Shown in pieces: positions 1 to 9,870 of a stretch of DNA of 64,000 nt; positions within the stretch are counted from its first letter, which is position 1, and each line of letters starts with the position of its first letter. The notes under the pieces were generated by a model, which searched no databases, was not told where the DNA came from, and saw nothing but the letters and a program-made list of their open reading frames with translations. The DNA lies in assembly GCA_963809895.1 (NCBI GenBank), contig CAWELD010000003.1, positions 480,001-544,000 on the forward strand, given 5' to 3'. The position numbers were made by a program, and so were the translations under genes. Source of the DNA: an uncultured Gemmatimonadales bacterium (GTDB taxonomy: Bacteria; Gemmatimonadota; Gemmatimonadetes; Longimicrobiales; Gaopeijiaceae).

Positions 1-821
1 ATCACCTGTCGGACCGGGCTTCTGGGCCGTTCGTCGAGGTGAACTGCGCCGCCATCCCCTCCGAGCTCATCGAGTCGGAGCTCTTCGGACACATCAAGGG
101 CTCGTTCACGGGCGCGGTGTCCGATCGCGCGGGCAAGTTCGAACAAGCCGACGGCGGCACGCTCTTCCTGGACGAGGTGGGCGACATGTCCCTCGCGGCC
201 CAGGCCAAGGTGCTCCGCGCCCTCGAAGAGGGTGTGATCACCCGCGTGGGGGGCTCGAAGCCCATCCGCGTGAACGTCCGTGTGGTGGCCGCCACCAACA
301 AGGCCCTTCCGGACGAGATCGAGGAAGGCAATTTCCGGGAAGACCTCTACTACCGCCTCAACGTGGTCCCCATCCACGTGCCTCCACTGCGCGAGCGCCG
401 CGAGGACATTCCCATGCTCGTGGAGCATTTCGTGGACCGGACCATGCGCGCCGAGAGCGTGCGCCCGAGGCGGTTCGCGGATGCCGCCATGGCCAAGCTC
501 CGGAGCCTGGACTGGCCGGGCAACGTGCGGGAGCTCCGCAATACGGTGGAGCGACTCCTGATCCTGGCCTCCGGCGACCGCATCACCGAAGACGACGTGG
601 ATCTGCTCGTCACCGGGGGCTCGGGAGACAGCGGCCTCGGAGGCGACCTCGCTTCGGCGCAGACCTTCGCCGAGTTCAAGGACCGAGCGGAGCGGGCGTT
701 CATCCTCCAGAAGCTGCGCGAGAACGATTGGAACGTCTCGGAGACGGCTCGCCAGGTGGAAATGCCCCGCTCGAATCTCTACAAGAAGATCGAGAAGTAC
801 GACCTGATCCGGGAGGAGTGA
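1..821 (+). CDS. sigma-54-dependent transcriptional activator (NtrC/NtrX-like AAA+ and Fis HTH), 5'-truncated by the window edge
   Basis: NCAAIP..ESELFGH.KGSFTGA (GAFTGA-like), [12 protein letters not shown]alker [21 protein letters not shown]-terminal [26 protein letters not shown]. Confidence 0.95.
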   Translation, partial: HLSDRASGPFVEVNCAAIPSELIESELFGHIKGSFTGAVSDRAGKFEQADGGTLFLDEVGDMSLAAQAKVLRALEEGVITRVGGSKPIRVNVRVVAATNKALPDEIEEGNFREDLYYRLNVVPIHVPPLRERREDIPMLVEHFVDRTMRAESVRPRRFADAAMAKLRSLDWPGNVRELRNTVERLLILASGDRITEDDVDLLVTGGSGDSGLGGDLASAQTFAEFKDRAERAFILQKLRENDWNVSETARQVEMPRSNLYKKIEKYDLIREE

Positions 822-827
822 GGACGG

Positions 828-856
828 TTGCCCCCCAGGAGGGGGCCGGCTACCTT
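828..856 (+). promoter_or_regulatory. putative sigma70-type promoter for the riboswitch/btuB transcript
   Basis: TTGCCC (828-833), 17 bp, TACCTT (851-856), about 20 nt upstream of the riboswitch. Confidence 0.5.
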
Positions 857-874
857 CGCGCCACAATCTGATTC

Positions 875-1036
875 GGCGGGAGGGTCATTTTCGGAAGCCG
901 GTGTGAATCCGGCGCGGCCCCGCCACTGTGAGAGGTCCGAGCGCGTCTCGGAACGCCTGTTCGATGATGCCACTGGGGCAGTGAGCCCCGGGAAGGCGAA
1001 CACGGCGGCCTCGAGCCAGGAGACCTGACCCCCCCG
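875..1036 (+). ncRNA. cobalamin (AdoCbl) riboswitch
   Basis: GGAAGCCGGTGTGAATCCGGCGCGGCCCCGCCACTGTGA, GCCACTGGGG..CCCCGGGAAGGC and B12 box GAGCCAGGAGACCTG; outer stem CGGGAGGGTCA/TGACCCCCCCG; lies upstream of a TonB-dependent receptor. Confidence 0.93.
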
Positions 1037-1092
1037 TGCCATCGCCATCGTCTCCGCGGGGGGACGGGCACGGTCGCGGCATCGCCCGCGCC

Positions 1093-1126
1093 TCCCCGTT
1101 CTTCGCGCCGAGGAACGGGGGTTTTT
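1093..1126 (+). terminator. intrinsic terminator in the riboswitch expression platform
   Basis: TCCCCGTTCTTCG-CGC-CGAGGAACGGGGG followed by TTTTT, between the aptamer and the btuB start. Confidence 0.75.
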
Positions 1127-1235
1127 CATGTCAGGTGTCCGCGCGGGTCGGGCGCTTCCATGCGCCACCCTCCGAGGGTCCGGAGACGGTGATGGCGTCC
1201 ATTCTTTCGCCACTCGCTGCCGGGAGCCACGACCC

Positions 1236-3197
1236 ATGTCGCATCGTCTCCGCACTGTCGCGCTCGCCCTCGTAACGCTGACCTGCTTCGCTCCGGGCGC
1301 CCGCGCCCAGGACCGGCCCTTCTCCCTCGAAGGTCTCGTCGTGACCACAACCCCCACCCCGCGTGCGGTGGGCGACGTGTCCGCCGACGTCGTGGTGCTG
1401 GAGGGCGCCGAGCTCCAGGCCCGGGGACTGCTCTCTGTCGCCGATGCCCTGCGCGACGTGGCCGGCGTCTCCGTGGTCCGGGGTGGGTCGTTCGGTGCCA
1501 CCACCACCCTCTTCATGCGGGGTGGCGAGAGCGACTACGTGCAGGTGCTGGTGGACGGGGTGCAGGTGAACCAGCCCGGCGGATCCTTCGACTTCTCTTC
1601 GCTCCTGCTGGCCGACGTGGAGCGCATCGAGATCGTGCGCGGGCCCGCGAGCGCACTCCACGGATCCGATGCGCTGGCCGGTGTGGTCCACGTCATCACA
1701 CGCACCGGCAGGGGCGCACCGTCGCTGGAGGCCGATGTACGGGCAGGGAGCTACGGGCGCCTCGACGGATCGGTGAGCGTCGTGGGTGGCACCGATCGTG
1801 TCGGGTACGGCCTGTCGCTGGCCCGGCAGTCCACGGATGGGATTCTCCCCTTCAACAACCGCCACGTGAACACCGTGCTCGGCGGCATCGTGCGGGTGGT
1901 GCCCGACGCTCTGACCCGGGCGGAGCTGAGCGTCCGGCTCGGTGACCGTACCTACCACTTTCCCACCGACGGATCCGGTGCCGTGGTGGACCGCAACGCC
2001 TTCACCTGGGGCGACGAGACCACCGTGGGCGTCGGTGTGGAGAGACGCGTGAGGGAGGGCTTGCTGCTCCGGGGACACCTGGGCGTCCACGAGACCGACG
2101 GTGGTACCGACGACGCGCAGGACGAGCCCGGCGACACGCTGGGATTCTACGCGTCCACCTCGGCGGATCACGTGCGTCGGGCCACGGGCGAGGTCGGCGC
2201 CACCGTCTTCGTGGGTGACGGGGGCGTCCTGTCCGTGGGTGCCGAGGTCGAGAGCCAGCGCCAGCGCTCCTTCACCGAATCCAGCAGCCAGTTCGGGCCT
2301 TCGTCGGATCGAAGTGAATACGATCGCTGGAACCGGGCAGCCTACGCCCACGCCACCTGGGACGGGCGTCCCCTGTCGCTCCACCTGGGCGGACGACTGG
2401 ACGACAACGAACGCTACGGCGCCTTCTGGACCTGGCAGGCGGGCATGGTGTGGCGAGCCTCCTCCTCCACCCGGGCGCGGATCTCGGCGGGACGGGGCGT
2501 GAAGGAGCCCACCTTCTACGAGACCTACGCCACGGGATTCGCCCGCGGAAATCCTGCGCTGGACCCAGAACGCTCGACATCGGTGGAGGCGGGCATGGAC
2601 GTGACGCTCCTGGGCGGTGGCCTCCGCCTCGAGGGTACCGGCTTCTGGCAGCGCTTCTCCGACCTCATCCAGTACACGTTCACCACGCCGGCACCCGATG
2701 CACCCAACTTCTTCAACGTGGGCCGGGCGCGGGCCACGGGACTGGAGCTCGGCGTGGAGGGCAGGGCGGGGCGCCTGCGGGCGTCCGGCAGCTGGACGCT
2801 GCTCCGCACCGCGGTGCTGGATCCGGGGTTCGACGAGGGTCCCGACGCCGCCTTCGTCCAGGGCCAGCGGCTCTTGCGCCGACCGTCCAGCTCGGGACGC
2901 CTCTTCGCGGGCTACGACCTCTCCGGCGATGCCGAGCTCACGGTGGACCTGCGCCTCGTCGGCGCACGCGACGATCGTGATTTCACCGGGGTCCCGGCCA
3001 AACGCGTATCGCTCCCGGGCTACGCGACGCTGGACCTGGGCGGCCGCATCGAGGTGCGGCCCGGCGCGCTGCTGCCGCCGCTGACCCTCTCGTTTCGCGC
3101 CGAGAACGTCCTGGACGAGCAGTACGAGGAGATCGCGGGCTTTCCCACGCCCGCACGCGCCTTCTACCTGGGGGCCGGCGTGCGGCTGGGGCGATGA
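1236..3197 (+). CDS. btuB: TonB-dependent receptor, BtuB-like vitamin B12 transporter
   Basis: signal peptide (..GARA|QD), TonB box LEGLVVTT, plug motifs LFMRGGESDYVQVLVDGV and VERIEIVRGPASALHGSDALAGVVHVITR, NPALDPERS, C-terminal beta strand; controlled by a cobalamin riboswitch; GGGAG before ATG 1236. Confidence 0.88.
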   Translation: MSHRLRTVALALVTLTCFAPGARAQDRPFSLEGLVVTTTPTPRAVGDVSADVVVLEGAELQARGLLSVADALRDVAGVSVVRGGSFGATTTLFMRGGESDYVQVLVDGVQVNQPGGSFDFSSLLLADVERIEIVRGPASALHGSDALAGVVHVITRTGRGAPSLEADVRAGSYGRLDGSVSVVGGTDRVGYGLSLARQSTDGILPFNNRHVNTVLGGIVRVVPDALTRAELSVRLGDRTYHFPTDGSGAVVDRNAFTWGDETTVGVGVERRVREGLLLRGHLGVHETDGGTDDAQDEPGDTLGFYASTSADHVRRATGEVGATVFVGDGGVLSVGAEVESQRQRSFTESSSQFGPSSDRSEYDRWNRAAYAHATWDGRPLSLHLGGRLDDNERYGAFWTWQAGMVWRASSSTRARISAGRGVKEPTFYETYATGFARGNPALDPERSTSVEAGMDVTLLGGGLRLEGTGFWQRFSDLIQYTFTTPAPDAPNFFNVGRARATGLELGVEGRAGRLRASGSWTLLRTAVLDPGFDEGPDAAFVQGQRLLRRPSSSGRLFAGYDLSGDAELTVDLRLVGARDDRDFTGVPAKRVSLPGYATLDLGGRIEVRPGALLPPLTLSFRAENVLDEQYEEIAGFPTPARAFYLGAGVRLGR

Positions 3198-3219
3198 CTT
3201 CGCCCCGTCGCGCCCCGGC

Positions 3220-3948
3220 TCAGGACCCCGGCCCGGGCAACTGGATGCGCGCGCCGTTGGGGAGCGCGTAGAGGGCCTCCATGGTCCGGTAGTCCTGCAC
3301 CGACAACCGCTCGGCCGTGTTGGTCGGGTACATCACGTCCCTGGGAGAGTCCGAATGGGGCAGCCCCAGGGCGTGCCCCATCTCGTGCGCCGCCGCCAGC
3401 GCGATGTCGTCTGGGCTCAGTGCCGCCCCGGTGAGGGGATGGTGGGTCGCCAGGAGGAACTGGATGATCTCCACCGACGCGCTGTCGCCACGACGGATCC
3501 AGTGGCTCTCGACGTGGCCGAGCTCCGACCCCGCCAGGCGCTCCCTCCACGTCACGCGGATGTCGGCGGCGAGGGTGCCGTCGGAGGTCTCGATGCGTAG
3601 CGGCAGCGGCTGGTTCTGCCAGGCCCGCACGCCGCGGGCCGCGGCGCGCTGGAGGCGGTCGGCTCGCCCGGGCTCCAGGCCCGGTGGCGGTGGGATCACG
3701 ATGCGCACCGACGGCGTGCCGTCGGCCCAGCGCAGCACGCGCGGCTCCTCACGACCCGCGAGGCCGGCGCACAGGTACCCGGCATCGATACAGACCTCGG
3801 GACCCAGGACCGGCGGTACTCCCGGATCCGGTGCGGAGGGCGCGGTGGGGGTCCCCTGCGCCGCCCGGGTCGATCGGCGGGGACGGAGGGCGACCGCTCC
3901 GGCCAGCAGAAGCAGCGTCAGGACCAGGTAAGGGCGCGTACGGTTCAT
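3220..3948 (-). CDS. matrixin (M10-like) zinc metalloprotease, membrane-anchored or secreted
   Basis: HEMGHALGLPHS (HExxHxxGxxH) plus Met-turn DVMYP; N-terminal hydrophobic segment. Confidence 0.85.
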   Translation of the reverse strand: MNRTRPYLVLTLLLLAGAVALRPRRSTRAAQGTPTAPSAPDPGVPPVLGPEVCIDAGYLCAGLAGREEPRVLRWADGTPSVRIVIPPPPGLEPGRADRLQRAAARGVRAWQNQPLPLRIETSDGTLAADIRVTWRERLAGSELGHVESHWIRRGDSASVEIIQFLLATHHPLTGAALSPDDIALAAAHEMGHALGLPHSDSPRDVMYPTNTAERLSVQDYRTMEALYALPNGARIQLPGPGS

Positions 3949-4063
3949 GATCCATGATCGGGACGGCGTGGCCGCGCGTGCAACGGCCTTGGCCGCGGCG
4001 CGATCCCGGGCCACTTTCCGCGTGCGCGTGTCCCTTTCCCCTCTCGCGGCCCGGGAGCCCCTC

Positions 4064-4261
4064 ATGAACGCGAGCAGCGCGACGGCGACGGCGGCGGTTC
4101 TGGTCGGTCTGTGGATCGCCTGTGCGATCGCTTCCGGCGCGGCGCTGGCGGCGTTGGCCCGTCGCCGGCATCCGTCGCTCTCGTTCCGGCGGTTGTGGGT
4201 GCTCTACAGCGCCGTGGTCTCGCTGGTTGCAGCCCTCGCGTTCGTGGTCCTCTGGGCCTGA
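4064..4261 (+). CDS. small 2-TM membrane protein (65 aa), hypothetical
   Basis: GGGAG before ATG; two hydrophobic helices separated by RRRHPSLSFRR. Confidence 0.55.
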   Translation: MNASSATATAAVLVGLWIACAIASGAALAALARRRHPSLSFRRLWVLYSAVVSLVAALAFVVLWA

Positions 4262-4456
4262 CGGGCCTCCCACGGATGTCCGGGGCTGGACAACCGCGGC
4301 GCGAGCGTGAATGCTGCAGGGAGAAGCCGGAGCGCGGAACGGTTCCGCGGAACTCCGGGTAGCTCTCACGAAACCCAAGGGCCCAGGGGGCCCGCGGCGG
4401 GACAAGGGCGTGCGGCGGCCCGAGCGACCGGGCACCGCCATGGAGCGGGAATCAGG

Positions 4457-5239
4457 GTGCCATCATCCCACGAGCCTTTCGACGACCCGGCGGATGCGCG
4501 GACGTCCCCGGAGGCTGCGGACGAGTCGTCCGGGCCTCGGCGGCGCGATCGCGGTGAGCCCTCTCTCCTGAGGAGCCTGTGGGAGTGGACCCGGTCGGTG
4601 CTGGTCGCCTTCCTGCTCTTTCTCGTGGTGCGGGCCTTCGTCGTGGAGGCCTTCAAGATCCCCACGTCGTCGATGGAAGGCACGCTGCTGGTGGGGGATT
4701 TTCTGCTCGTGAACAAGGCGGTCTACGGTGCCGAGGTGCCGGGGACCCACATCCACCTGCCGGCGTTGGAGGAGCCCTCCCGCGGCGACGTGGTCGTCTT
4801 CAATCCGCCGCACGATCCCAGCAAGAACTACGTGAAGCGCCTCGTCGGCGTGCCAGGCGACACGCTGGAGATGAGGGGCAAGATCCTCTACGTCGACGGC
4901 ACCCCGGTCGACGAGCCCTACGTGCGCTACATCGATCCCGGCGGAGACGCGCGGCATCCAGATATGAAGTGGCAGGCGAGCCACCTCATCGCGCGCCCGG
5001 GGAACTACCGGCCGTCCAGAGACACGTGGGGTCCCATCGTGGTGCCGGACAGCTCCTATTTCATGCTGGGCGACAACCGCGACAACAGTGAGGATTCACG
5101 GTACTGGGGCTTCGTGAAGAGAGATGCGATCCGGGGGCGCCCCTGGTTCGTGTACTACTCCTTCGATCCCTCGGACGACCACGGTCTCCCCTGGCTCCAG
5201 GACGTGCGCTGGGGGCGCATCGGACACCTGATTCGCTGA
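4457..5239 (+). CDS. lepB: signal peptidase I (start uncertain)
   Basis: TM helix, then EAFKIPTSSMEGTLLVGDFLLVNK (catalytic Ser), YVKRLVGVPGD (Lys), YFMLGDNRDNSEDSRYWG. Confidence 0.95.
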   Translation: MPSSHEPFDDPADARTSPEAADESSGPRRRDRGEPSLLRSLWEWTRSVLVAFLLFLVVRAFVVEAFKIPTSSMEGTLLVGDFLLVNKAVYGAEVPGTHIHLPALEEPSRGDVVVFNPPHDPSKNYVKRLVGVPGDTLEMRGKILYVDGTPVDEPYVRYIDPGGDARHPDMKWQASHLIARPGNYRPSRDTWGPIVVPDSSYFMLGDNRDNSEDSRYWGFVKRDAIRGRPWFVYYSFDPSDDHGLPWLQDVRWGRIGHLIR

Positions 5240-5436
5240 AAAGGTTGGACTTCGGGCCATCGCATCTGGCGCCGGATTCGGCGGCCCCGGTTGCGCCACC
5301 GGAATCGCTCGTTCATGATGTCCAATGGCTCGCGGTCGGCCTGCGTGCGCGCTCGTGCCCCTCGGGGGGCGCGACGCGACCGTTTCCTGCTGCGGTGCCC
5401 GGACGCTCCTCCTGACATGGATTCCGCACCGGCGTC

Positions 5437-6438
5437 ATGGCCTTCTCTTCCCGCCGCGGGTCGTTCCGAGAAGGATCTCTGGACCAGTACCTGAAGGAGA
5501 TCAGCCAATATCCCCTCATCGATCGAGATGAGGAGGTGCGGCTCGCACAGCTCATCCGGAAAGACGACCCGGATGCGCTCAACAAGCTCGTGCGCTCCAA
5601 CCTCAGGTTCGTGGTCTCCGTCGCCAAGAAGTACCAGAACCAGGGCGTGCCCCTCTCCGACCTCATCAACGAGGGCAACCTCGGGCTCATCCGGGCCGCG
5701 CACAAATTCGACGAGACCAAGGGCATCAAGTTCATCAGCTACGCCGTCTGGTGGATCCGGCAGGCGATCCTGCAGGCGCTGGCCGAACAGAGTCGGATCG
5801 TGCGGGTGCCGCTGAACCGAGCCGGCGCGCTGCATCGCATCGGCCGGCGGAGCTCGTCGCTTCTTCAGGAGCTGGGGCGCGAGCCTACGGTAGAGGAGAT
5901 CGCCGAGGAGCTGGACATCTCCCAGGAGGAGGTGGAGCGCACGCTGGCCATCAGCCAGTCGCATCTCTCCCTCGACGCGCCCATCACGCCGGGAGAGGAC
6001 AACCGGCTCCTCGACTACCTCCCGGACCAGTACGCCCCCGGGCCCGAGGACGATGCCTTCGAGCATGCGCTCAAGCAGACCATCGAGGAGGCGCTGTCGA
6101 CGCTGAAGGAGCGCGAGGCCAAGATCCTCCGTCTCTACTTCGGGCTGGACGACCAGGAGCCCATGACGCTGGAGGAGATCGGCTCACTCCTGGGAATCAC
6201 GCGCGAGCGCGTGCGGCAGATCAAGGAGAAGGCTCTCCTCAGGCTCCGCCACGCATCCCGGGCGCGCTTTCTCGAGACCTTCATTAGAGGTCTACTAGGT
6301 CCGGGAGAGAGGCGGGACTCCCGCCGCCGCCCCACCGCCCCGGAAGCCCCGTCGCGGCTCGCCAAAGCCGTTGACACCCCCCGGGGCCTCGGATATCATT
6401 CAAAGCTCTGTTGCCCAACGCCCCACAGGCGCTCATGA
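5437..6438 (+). CDS. RNA polymerase sigma70 factor (RpoD/SigA-like, no region 1.1); last ~50 aa suspect
   Basis: SLDQYLKEI (1.2), [44 protein letters not shown] (2.3-2.4), [25 protein letters not shown] (4.2); homology appears to end near 6285. Confidence 0.9.
   Translation: MAFSSRRGSFREGSLDQYLKEISQYPLIDRDEEVRLAQLIRKDDPDALNKLVRSNLRFVVSVAKKYQNQGVPLSDLINEGNLGLIRAAHKFDETKGIKFISYAVWWIRQAILQALAEQSRIVRVPLNRAGALHRIGRRSSSLLQELGREPTVEEIAEELDISQEEVERTLAISQSHLSLDAPITPGEDNRLLDYLPDQYAPGPEDDAFEHALKQTIEEALSTLKEREAKILRLYFGLDDQEPMTLEEIGSLLGITRERVRQIKEKALLRLRHASRARFLETFIRGLLGPGERRDSRRRPTAPEAPSRLAKAVDTPRGLGYHSKLCCPTPHRRS
6371..6399 (+). promoter_or_regulatory. sigma70-type promoter of the rplM operon
   Basis: TTGACA (6371-6376), 17 bp, TATCAT (6394-6399), 36 nt before the rplM ATG. 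Confidence 0.8.
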
Positions 6439-6863
6439 AGACGTATACGCCCAAGATGAACGAGATCGAGCGATCCTGGTGGATCGTGGACGCCGCCGGC
6501 AAGCCGCTGGGGCGTCTCGCCACCGAGATCGCGCGCATCCTGCGTGGTAAGCACAAGCCCATGTACACGCCTCACCTGGACACGGGAGACCACGTCATCG
6601 TGGTGAACTCGTCCCAGGTCGCCCTGACGGGCAGAAAGGCGGAGCAGAAGACGTATTTCCGTCACTCTGGTTACATGGGCGGCGAGAAGCACATCCCCTT
6701 CAAGCGCATGATCGAATCCCGCCCGGAGCGGGTCATCGAGCTGGCGGTGAAGGGCATGCTGCCCAAGAACGCTCTGGGCCGGCAGATGCGGAAGAAACTC
6801 CGCGTGTATGCCGGGTCCGAGCATCCGCACCAGGGTCAGAACCCCCAGCCGCTCGAGATCTGA
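6435..6863 (+). CDS. rplM: 50S ribosomal protein L13
   Basis: [57 protein letters not shown]. Confidence 0.98.
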   Translation: MKTYTPKMNEIERSWWIVDAAGKPLGRLATEIARILRGKHKPMYTPHLDTGDHVIVVNSSQVALTGRKAEQKTYFRHSGYMGGEKHIPFKRMIESRPERVIELAVKGMLPKNALGRQMRKKLRVYAGSEHPHQGQNPQPLEI

Positions 6864-6874
6864 GGAACCCAGGT

Positions 6875-7273
6875 ATGATGGACGAGAATTCGCAGATCCA
6901 GACGGTCGGCCGCCGCAAGACCAGCACGGCCCGTGTGCTGCTACGGCAGGGCTCGGGAAACTGGTCCGTGAACGGACGGCCTCTGGCGGACTACTTTCCG
7001 CGCGCCACCCTCCAGTCCCGCGTGTCGGAGGCGCTCAAGGTCACCGAGACCGAGGGCATGTTCGACGTGATGGTCCGGGTGAACGGCGGTGGCCTCACGG
7101 GGCAGGCGGATGCGATTCGCATGGGTCTGGCCCGGGCGCTCGTGGAGGTGGACGAAGATCATCGGCCCCTGCTCCGGCAGGGGGGGCTGCTGACCCGCGA
7201 CCCGCGCAAGGTGGAGCGGAAGAAGCCCGGGCGCCCCAAGGCCCGCAAGAGGTTCCAGTTCTCCAAGCGCTGA
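6875..7273 (+). CDS. rpsI: 30S ribosomal protein S9
   Basis: GRRKTSTARV, GGGLTGQADAIRMG, TRDPRKVERKKPGRPKARKRFQFSKR. Confidence 0.98.
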   Translation: MMDENSQIQTVGRRKTSTARVLLRQGSGNWSVNGRPLADYFPRATLQSRVSEALKVTETEGMFDVMVRVNGGGLTGQADAIRMGLARALVEVDEDHRPLLRQGGLLTRDPRKVERKKPGRPKARKRFQFSKR

Positions 7274-7366
7274 TTCACGCGTTGGAGACACCCGCCCCGG
7301 ACCTGCTTCCGGGTGCGGCATCCTGACCGGGACGTAATCGGTCCCATTGGTAGAACGGAAAACGAC
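7274..7366 (+). promoter_or_regulatory. putative rpsB 5' leader (S2 autoregulatory, t44-like)
   Basis: 93-nt intergenic region with CACCCG..CGGGTG and GGGAC..GTCCC hairpins directly before rpsB. Confidence 0.45.
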
Positions 7367-8254
7367 ATGCAGCAGGTCGGCCTGAGCGAGATGCTCGAAG
7401 CAGGTGTCCATTTCGGGCACCAGACTCGCCGTTGGAATCCGAAGATGCGCAAGTACATCTTCACGGAGCGCAACGGCATCCACATCATCGATCTCCGCAA
7501 GACGCTGGATCGCCTGCAGGCGGCTCAGCAGGCGGTGCGCGAGACGGTGCTGAAGGGAGAGCGGGTGCTCTTCGTCTGCACCAAGCGTCAGTTGCGCGAG
7601 ATCATCGAGCAGGAGGCGCGGCGTTGTGGCGCCTTCTACGTCACCGAGCGTTGGCTCGGCGGCATGCTCACGAACTTCCAGACCATGCGCAAGCAGATCC
7701 GGCGCCTCAAGGAGCTCGAGCGTGGTCAGGAAGAGAATGCCTTCGAGTTCTACACGAAGAAGGAGAGGCTCCTCCTCGATCGGGAGCGGGCGAAGCTGGA
7801 CAAGTATCTCTCCGGTGTGAAGGACATGTCTCGCCTTCCCGGCGCGATCTTCGTCGTGGACGCCAAGCGCGAGCACATCGCGGTGAAGGAGGCTCATCGG
7901 CTGGGGATCCCGGTGATCGCCATCGCCGACACCAATGCCGATCCCGACCTCATCGACTTCCCGATTCCGGGCAACGACGACGCCATCCGCTCGGTGGGAC
8001 TGATCTCCAAGGCGGTGGCCGACGCCATCGAGATGGCCCGCAAGGACGTGCCGGAAGACGAGCGTCGCCGCGCCGACGAGGTGGAGGCCACGACCTACTC
8101 CACCGAGACCGGCGAGACCACGGAGGTGGAGGATCGGCCGCAGCGTCGTCGCCCCCGCCGCAAGCGTCGGCCCCGTCCCGAAGTCATCGCCCAGCACCTG
8201 AAGACCGGCGACGACGAGGGCAGCGAGGAGGCGGAGGACGCCGGGGACGACTGA
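7367..8254 (+). CDS. rpsB: 30S ribosomal protein S2 with a charged C-terminal extension
   Basis: [47 protein letters not shown]. Confidence 0.98.
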   Translation: MQQVGLSEMLEAGVHFGHQTRRWNPKMRKYIFTERNGIHIIDLRKTLDRLQAAQQAVRETVLKGERVLFVCTKRQLREIIEQEARRCGAFYVTERWLGGMLTNFQTMRKQIRRLKELERGQEENAFEFYTKKERLLLDRERAKLDKYLSGVKDMSRLPGAIFVVDAKREHIAVKEAHRLGIPVIAIADTNADPDLIDFPIPGNDDAIRSVGLISKAVADAIEMARKDVPEDERRRADEVEATTYSTETGETTEVEDRPQRRRPRRKRRPRPEVIAQHLKTGDDEGSEEAEDAGDD

Positions 8255-8282
8255 GCCCGCATCACCTCGGCTTCGAGGGCCC

Positions 8283-8347
8283 AGAGGCGGCAGCCGGATG
8301 GCGGCGGACGGTCGGACCGGGCGCCCTCAGCCGGCGGCCGCCTCTTT
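8283..8347 (+). terminator. long stem-loop between rpsB and tsf (attenuator or processing site)
   Basis: AGAGGCGGC.GCCGG pairs with CCGGC.GCCGCCTCT, followed by TT. Confidence 0.45.
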
Positions 8348-8393
8348 GCTTGACAGGAACTCAACCAACGATTCGAACGACGGAAGGAACGTC

Positions 8394-8987
8394 ATGGCCA
8401 TCAGCGCGCAACAGGTGAAGGAGCTCCGGGATCGCACCGGGGCGGGGATGATGGACTGCAAGAAGGCCCTGGAGGAGACCGGTGGCGATCTGGAGAAGGC
8501 CATCGACCTGCTCCGGACCAGGGGTGCCGCCAAGGCCGCCAAGCGTGAGGGCAAGGCCGCCCAGGAGGGTGTGATCGGCACGTACGTCCATCACTCCGGC
8601 AAGGTGGGAGTCATGGTGGAGTTGAACTGCGAGACCGACTTCGTGGCCAACACCGAAGACTTCCAGGGTCTGGCCCGCGACCTGGCGATGCACATCGCGG
8701 CCTCCGGACCGCTGGCGGTGAGCCCGGACGACATCCCTGCCGAAGAGGTCGACCGGGAGCGGGCGGTCTATACCGCGCAGGTCGCCGAGGAAGGCAAGCC
8801 GGAAAACATCCGCGACAAGATCGTGGAGGGGAAGCTGGGCAAGTGGTTCAAGGAAGTGGCGCTCCTGGAGCAGCCCTTCGTGAAGAACCCGGATACGACG
8901 ATCCGTGAGCTCATCACGCAGGTGTCGGCGAAGACCGGCGAGAAGATCGAGGTGTCGCGCTTCGCGAGGTTCGCGATCGGCGACTGA
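8394..8987 (+). CDS. tsf: elongation factor Ts (short, ~197 aa form)
   Basis: VKELRDRTGAGMMDCKKAL, ELNCETDFVA, LLEQPFVK, RFARFAIG. Confidence 0.97.
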   Translation: MAISAQQVKELRDRTGAGMMDCKKALEETGGDLEKAIDLLRTRGAAKAAKREGKAAQEGVIGTYVHHSGKVGVMVELNCETDFVANTEDFQGLARDLAMHIAASGPLAVSPDDIPAEEVDRERAVYTAQVAEEGKPENIRDKIVEGKLGKWFKEVALLEQPFVKNPDTTIRELITQVSAKTGEKIEVSRFARFAIGD

Positions 8988-8994
8988 CGATGTC

Positions 8995-9027
8995 GCGGCC
9001 CGTCCCCGGAGTGGGACGGGCCGCTTT
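8995..9027 (+). terminator. hairpin/terminator after tsf
   Basis: perfect 12-bp stem GCGGCCCGTCCC/GGGACGGGCCGC followed by TTT. Confidence 0.6.
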
Positions 9028-9056
9028 CGCATATGCACATGACGGGGAGTGGACCC

Positions 9057-9779
9057 ATGGCCCAGCAGGGTGAGTCCAGGTACCGCCGCGTCCTCCTGAA
9101 GCTGTCGGGCGAGGCGCTGGCCGGTGACCGCGGATTCGGGATCGAGCCGTCGGTGGTGGATCGGCTCACCGACGAGATCAAGGCCATCCACGGCATGGAC
9201 GTCGCGCTGGGTGTGGTCATCGGAGGCGGCAACATCGTCCGGGGAGCGCTGGCGTCGCAGAAAGGCATGGACCGGGTCCAGGCCGACTACATGGGTATGC
9301 TGTCGACGGTCATCAACGCCCTGGCCGTGCAGGATCTCCTGGAGCGGAAGGACGTGGAGGTCCGGGTCATGACCGCCATTCGCATGGAGGAGGTGGCCGA
9401 GCCCTACATCCGGCGCCGCGCCATGCGGCACATGGAGAAGGGGCGGGTGGTGCTCTTCGCCGGCGGCACGGGGAATCCCTACTTCTCCACCGATACCGCG
9501 GCGGTGCTGCGGGCCATCGAGATGGAGTCCGAGGTGGTCATCAAGGCCACGAAGGTCCGGGGCGTGTACAGCGCGGACCCCGCCAAGCATCCCGACGCCG
9601 AGTTTCTCCCGTCGATCTCGTTTCACGAGGTCATGACCCGCGAGCTCGCGGTCATGGACGCGGCAGCGGTTTCGCTGTGCAAGGAGAACGGGCTTCCCAT
9701 CATCGTCCTCAACCTGGAGGACCGCGGCGCCGTGACCGCCGCCATCCGCGGCGAGCGGGTGGGAACCTTCGTCTCGTGA
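9057..9779 (+). CDS. pyrH: UMP kinase
   Basis: YRRVLLKLSGEAL, GGGNIVRG, ADYMGMLSTVIN, GTGNPYFSTDTAA. Confidence 0.97.
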   Translation: MAQQGESRYRRVLLKLSGEALAGDRGFGIEPSVVDRLTDEIKAIHGMDVALGVVIGGGNIVRGALASQKGMDRVQADYMGMLSTVINALAVQDLLERKDVEVRVMTAIRMEEVAEPYIRRRAMRHMEKGRVVLFAGGTGNPYFSTDTAAVLRAIEMESEVVIKATKVRGVYSADPAKHPDAEFLPSISFHEVMTRELAVMDAAAVSLCKENGLPIIVLNLEDRGAVTAAIRGERVGTFVS

Positions 9780-9870
9780 GCCGATGTCGGACGGGGGTGG
9801 GGGCGCAGGCGCCCACCACACTAGATTACTCAGCCGAACCACATCTGCCGCCTACTGGAGGAGATGCCAG

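Noticed and set aside
5267..5285. sigma54 -24/-12 promoter upstream of the sigma gene
   Set aside because: GG to GC spacing is 11 nt rather than 10, and the TTGC element is not matched.
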